Assembly (NCBI GenBank): GCA_024704765.1
Contig: JAKMXF010000012.1
Location: 1 to 64,000 of the forward strand
Reading direction: 5' to 3'
Length of the DNA: 64,000 nt
Origin: Oopsacas minuta
Lineage: Eukaryota; Animalia; Porifera
The notes under the pieces are model-generated. The model did no database searches. It was not told the DNA's origin and saw nothing but the letters and a program-made list of their open reading frames with translations. Below are positions 61,301 through 64,000 of the stretch, piece after piece (positions within the stretch are counted from its first letter, which is position 1; each line of letters opens with the position of its first letter). Made by a program: the position numbers and the translations under genes.

Positions 61301-62658
61301 GAATGTGTTACAATTAGTAATATATTCAGCTTCCTAATATATCTGATATTAATTTAATATTAATTAGAATTTTAATCAACAACTATTGATTGGTATATCA
61401 GTATCAGTTATGTATTGTAACACCTATTGAATAGAATGAGTTTTCATTTACAAATTATAAATGCGTCAATCCAATTCAAAACAGGGAATAATTATCAAAT
61501 TCTTAGAAGGAAAATCCATTCATGAATGATTAATTACAAAATCTATTACACATGTTTACATCATGAGAACTATTAGCTTATTTCGGACTATTCGAGGGTA
61601 TCCACAAGAAGTGTTAAATTAGTATAAAGGGTCCACGGGGTGCAAATTCGATACATTATCGTTAATCTACGATTCTCACATTCTGAATTTCAGTTAGAAA
61701 AGTGTTTGTTTTAAATATTTTAGAGTAATTATATGAAAGTAAAATTGAAATAAGAGCTAAAGGGAAATATTATTCCAAATAGTCCAAAATATGAGAATAG
61801 ATAAAAGACTAAATTACATTTCAAAGTTTTGTATAAATGATGGGTGCATTTTAAGAGATTAATTTCAATTGAATTAACTTTCAATATTTTCTGCAAACGT
61901 TAATATTATGTAACTAAATTTGTGATTATTCAATATTATTAGAATTGGAAGTTTATTAAACTCTCAATCCAAAAATAATACAATATCACCTTATATTGAT
62001 TATACATATGTATAATCACGTTATATTGTATAATTTATATTTATTTATAACTCATAAAATAATTGATTTGCAGCAAAGTTTAGGCATTTGTGTATAATTT
62101 AAAAATTACCCTACAGTTAGTTGGAAATTGTTTCAGCTCCACCGCCTGCATCAAGTTTACCTGTCACATGAATTTTGTCATTATTTCACTATTTTATCAG
62201 TGAAATTCAAATATACAATATATTTACTAACTAACGAGTGAATAGCAGTAACAGACCTCCTTTAACACGCTTAATTATACATATTTAGAAGTAGAATCAT
62301 TGAAATATTTTCCATGAATTGGACAGTTTGTATTATGATGACGTCATATCATAATGAGATATGAAATGCCCTCAGATAGACACATGTGGAGCTGAAACAA
62401 GTTTCTCATTGACAGGGGTCTTATTAACCTACTTTTACTTCTTTGCTTATAAGCAATGACATGCGGAATTACTTCTGGAACTGAGTCCGTAACTCTTCCC
62501 AGTCTAAGGTTAGCAGATCCGATCTGTAACACCAGGACCAATTTAGCCTCATTCTCAGCTCCGAATTTGATTGGGTCAGAGGACTGATTGGATTCAATGA
62601 ATTCTGTAGCTGAATCCATGAAATTTGGTTCACTTGAAGCTATTTCATATTCAGCCAT
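55361..62658 (-). CDS. ACTR8: actin-related protein 8 (INO80 complex), multi-exon
   Basis: VLQIGSANLRLGRVTDSVPEVIPHVIA, FYIGEDAL...HWPIKRGRFN, LLLIPDLFDR, SSGCIVDVGDQ...CCVEDGIS, YGGNDVT, LSIEEAIHLSI, EEWINSGVRLIRERSPFIW*; unusually long introns ~56000-58774 and ~60560-62430. Confidence 0.92.
56391..57557 (-). CDS. NHL-repeat protein copy 4, inside the duplicated block within the ACTR8 intron
   Basis: 388-aa intact ORF with the conserved leader and TATA box. Confidence 0.9.
   Translation of the reverse strand: MATKYSDEIPMNPFELTEQLINSTFEKIIRIATERKDQLLVQLFDMKQDHLRKENTRKKQLADLEKMIRQLMETTIQQNEVVKLQEDQIKNWKKEQKKYEIETPIPILSFNTEGLDSLLEQLEKLGSIQEIAGLYRNKIEPIRRIGKPGSEKGELNYPHGLALDGDKIYIADTINIRIQIFSTEGKFIHEFGKGELWHPYGIALYKEWVFISDRGLNAIYKFSKINYKLIKSVKKGVSFPFGLTTDTNGEVLVADYRNNIIAVFSSDLKYIREIGKDKLINPRDVKINNNNIFVADNNEINNIHIFSKSGDLLKSFIKLENGERYIHMCFDLYNNIIISDCCGNSINIFTKDGQLIHNITCNKPTGIIVNNNFDIICASLSDNVINIY
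58131..58252 (+). pseudogene. orphan copy of a cortactin Pro-rich exon (18-nt deletion), antisense to ACTR8
   Basis: Matches 46119-46258 including splice sites (TTTTAG|ACTCC ... CAAGA|GTAAG); 122 vs 140 nt. Confidence 0.85.
60565..60615. repeat. ~50-bp hairpin element family E; copies ~6120-6180, 28760-28810, 40945-40993, partial 11058-11100
   Basis: ACCGGTTATAAGAAC ... GTTCTCATAACCGGT inverted ends around ACCCTTAGGAGTAGCAATACA. Confidence 0.75.
61072..61248. mobile_element. MITE-like element (177 bp) in ACTR8 intron 1
   Basis: 13-bp TIR CACTGGCGTCGTG / CACGACGCCACTG (1 mismatch), subterminal GCTAGC(C)n; no target duplication found. Confidence 0.5.
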
Positions 62659-62785
62659 TCCGGCTAAATTATACTTCCAGTTATATATTGGAACTAAGTG
62701 AAAATATATTATTTGTGTTTATTTAATGTTGTACACAATTAATTAAATGGAAAAATATATTTGCGAAAAGTATTTGGTCGAATTA

Positions 62786-63709
62786 TTAAAAAGCTTCAAT
62801 CCCATTTTCACACTCAAAACTAGAACTTTTTGATTTGCTAAGAACCTTTCTGAATTTCTTTAAAACTTTTCGTGTGTCTTTGCCAGTTGTGGCACTAGTG
62901 GTGATAACTTTAACAAAGTGTCCTTGTTCCCTGATCTCATCAAGTTGCAGCAATTCTTCCAGTTCCAAACTGTTACGAGCTGTCGGCAAGTCTTGTTTGT
63001 TTGCCACTACCACAAGTGGCACGCTCCTCATTGTCCGATTTGACACTATTTTATGGAGGAGATTACGTGACTCTTGGATACGACACAATCTAGAACTGTC
63101 CACCACCCACACTAAACAATCCGTGCCACTTAGATAATGCTTCCAAAGGTCTCGTGTGAGAGGACTACCCGAAACATCCCAGAGGGTGCAGGGGCGCCCG
63201 TCGAAATCTAATGACGTCACGTTATAAGCTATAGTCGGCTCATTGGGGACCTTCGTGTGTATTCCTTTCTTCGTCTCTCTGATTCTTTGGAAGAGAGTGC
63301 TCTTTCCTGCACCGTCTAGTCCTAGCATTAAAATTCTCTGTTTACGAGATGGGGTTATACTAATCAAATGTAAATCTGGCTGACTGGAAACTAATCTATG
63401 TCTGTTTGGAGTAAGTGAGTATAATTGCTGACATGATGAACGCATTCGTTGATAAGTTGGTGATTGCAGTTCGGGGGCAGATTGTGTGGTGTGAAGGCCT
63501 AATCGTATTTCAGGCGTGAGATTCGATTCATGGTAATTGTCCTCCAATTCGGGGCCGGATGTAGATTTCCTTTCAAGGATTTTTGCAATAAAGTGTTGGT
63601 CAGATTCGCACAAAGTTGTTGGAAAACCGTAAGTTGGTACATGATATTTTGGAGTAAATTCTTGATAACAATCCGTCTTGGATATTTCTTGTCCCATTTT
63701 GAATTTCAA
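62786..63709 (-). CDS. ARF-like small GTPase with long N-terminal extension, intronless
   Basis: G1 GLDGAGKST, switch I EPTIAYN, G3 WDVSGS, G4 NKQD, G5 TSATTG; second Met begins MGQEIS (myristoylation consensus). Confidence 0.88.
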   Translation of the reverse strand: MKFKMGQEISKTDCYQEFTPKYHVPTYGFPTTLCESDQHFIAKILERKSTSGPELEDNYHESNLTPEIRLGLHTTQSAPELQSPTYQRMRSSCQQLYSLTPNRHRLVSSQPDLHLISITPSRKQRILMLGLDGAGKSTLFQRIRETKKGIHTKVPNEPTIAYNVTSLDFDGRPCTLWDVSGSPLTRDLWKHYLSGTDCLVWVVDSSRLCRIQESRNLLHKIVSNRTMRSVPLVVVANKQDLPTARNSLELEELLQLDEIREQGHFVKVITTSATTGKDTRKVLKKFRKVLSKSKSSSFECENGIEAF

Positions 63710-64000
63710 TTTTCGTTTGGCATTAGTAATCTCATTCTGTATTTATACTCTCATGAGATCATTTTTTCACTTCATGATATAGTATATTACGTTAACCACT
63801 TATCTTTATTAATTATTGGAGAGAAATAGTATCAATACCTCGGGTGGTCATATAACATATTGCGTTGGATATATTCATCATAGATCTTACCTTAGCAACC
63901 AATCTCGTGGCTGGAATGTGACTCATTTACTACTAATTCGAAGTAAATCGTTTCTATTTTTGAACATTGATGTTGTTTCATAATTAAATCATATCTCATG

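Noticed and set aside
61013-61357. ORFs at 61013-61246 and 61130-61357 in ACTR8 intron 1
   Set aside because: Overlap the 177-bp MITE-like element and poly(C) run; no recognisable domain.

Overview
AT-rich, gene-dense eukaryotic (animal) genomic DNA with short GT-AG introns full of (AAAC/GTTT)n tracts and very short inverted-repeat elements. The compactness and the NHL-gene expansion are compatible with a sponge such as a hexactinellid, but that is inference and the species cannot be fixed from this window. Recognisable genes in order: 3' end of a duplicated TXNDC12/AGR-like thioredoxin, RPF2, NDUFV3-like, NHL copy 1, TXNDC12/AGR-like, RPL12, HMGB, UAP1, a transmembrane adenylyl cyclase, HARS, CNOT4, pinin (with nested ATPSCKMT/FAM173), UBA6, C1GALT1-like, cortactin, DNMBP/Tuba, ACTR8/ARP8 and an ARL GTPase. 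Exon coordinates were read by eye, so multi-exon spans are approximate. The most striking system is a family of intronless coiled-coil + NHL beta-propeller genes. Four close copies share a ~270-bp TATA-containing leader and three of them sit inside introns of unrelated genes; a fifth, divergent NHL gene sits in a CNOT4 intron. Their differences concentrate at the blade positions that form the propeller's ligand-binding face and show a mosaic sharing pattern suggestive of gene conversion. One copy was moved, with cortactin exon fragments, into an ARP8 intron between hAT-like terminal sequences. No CRISPR array, rRNA, intact tRNA or transposase ORF was found.
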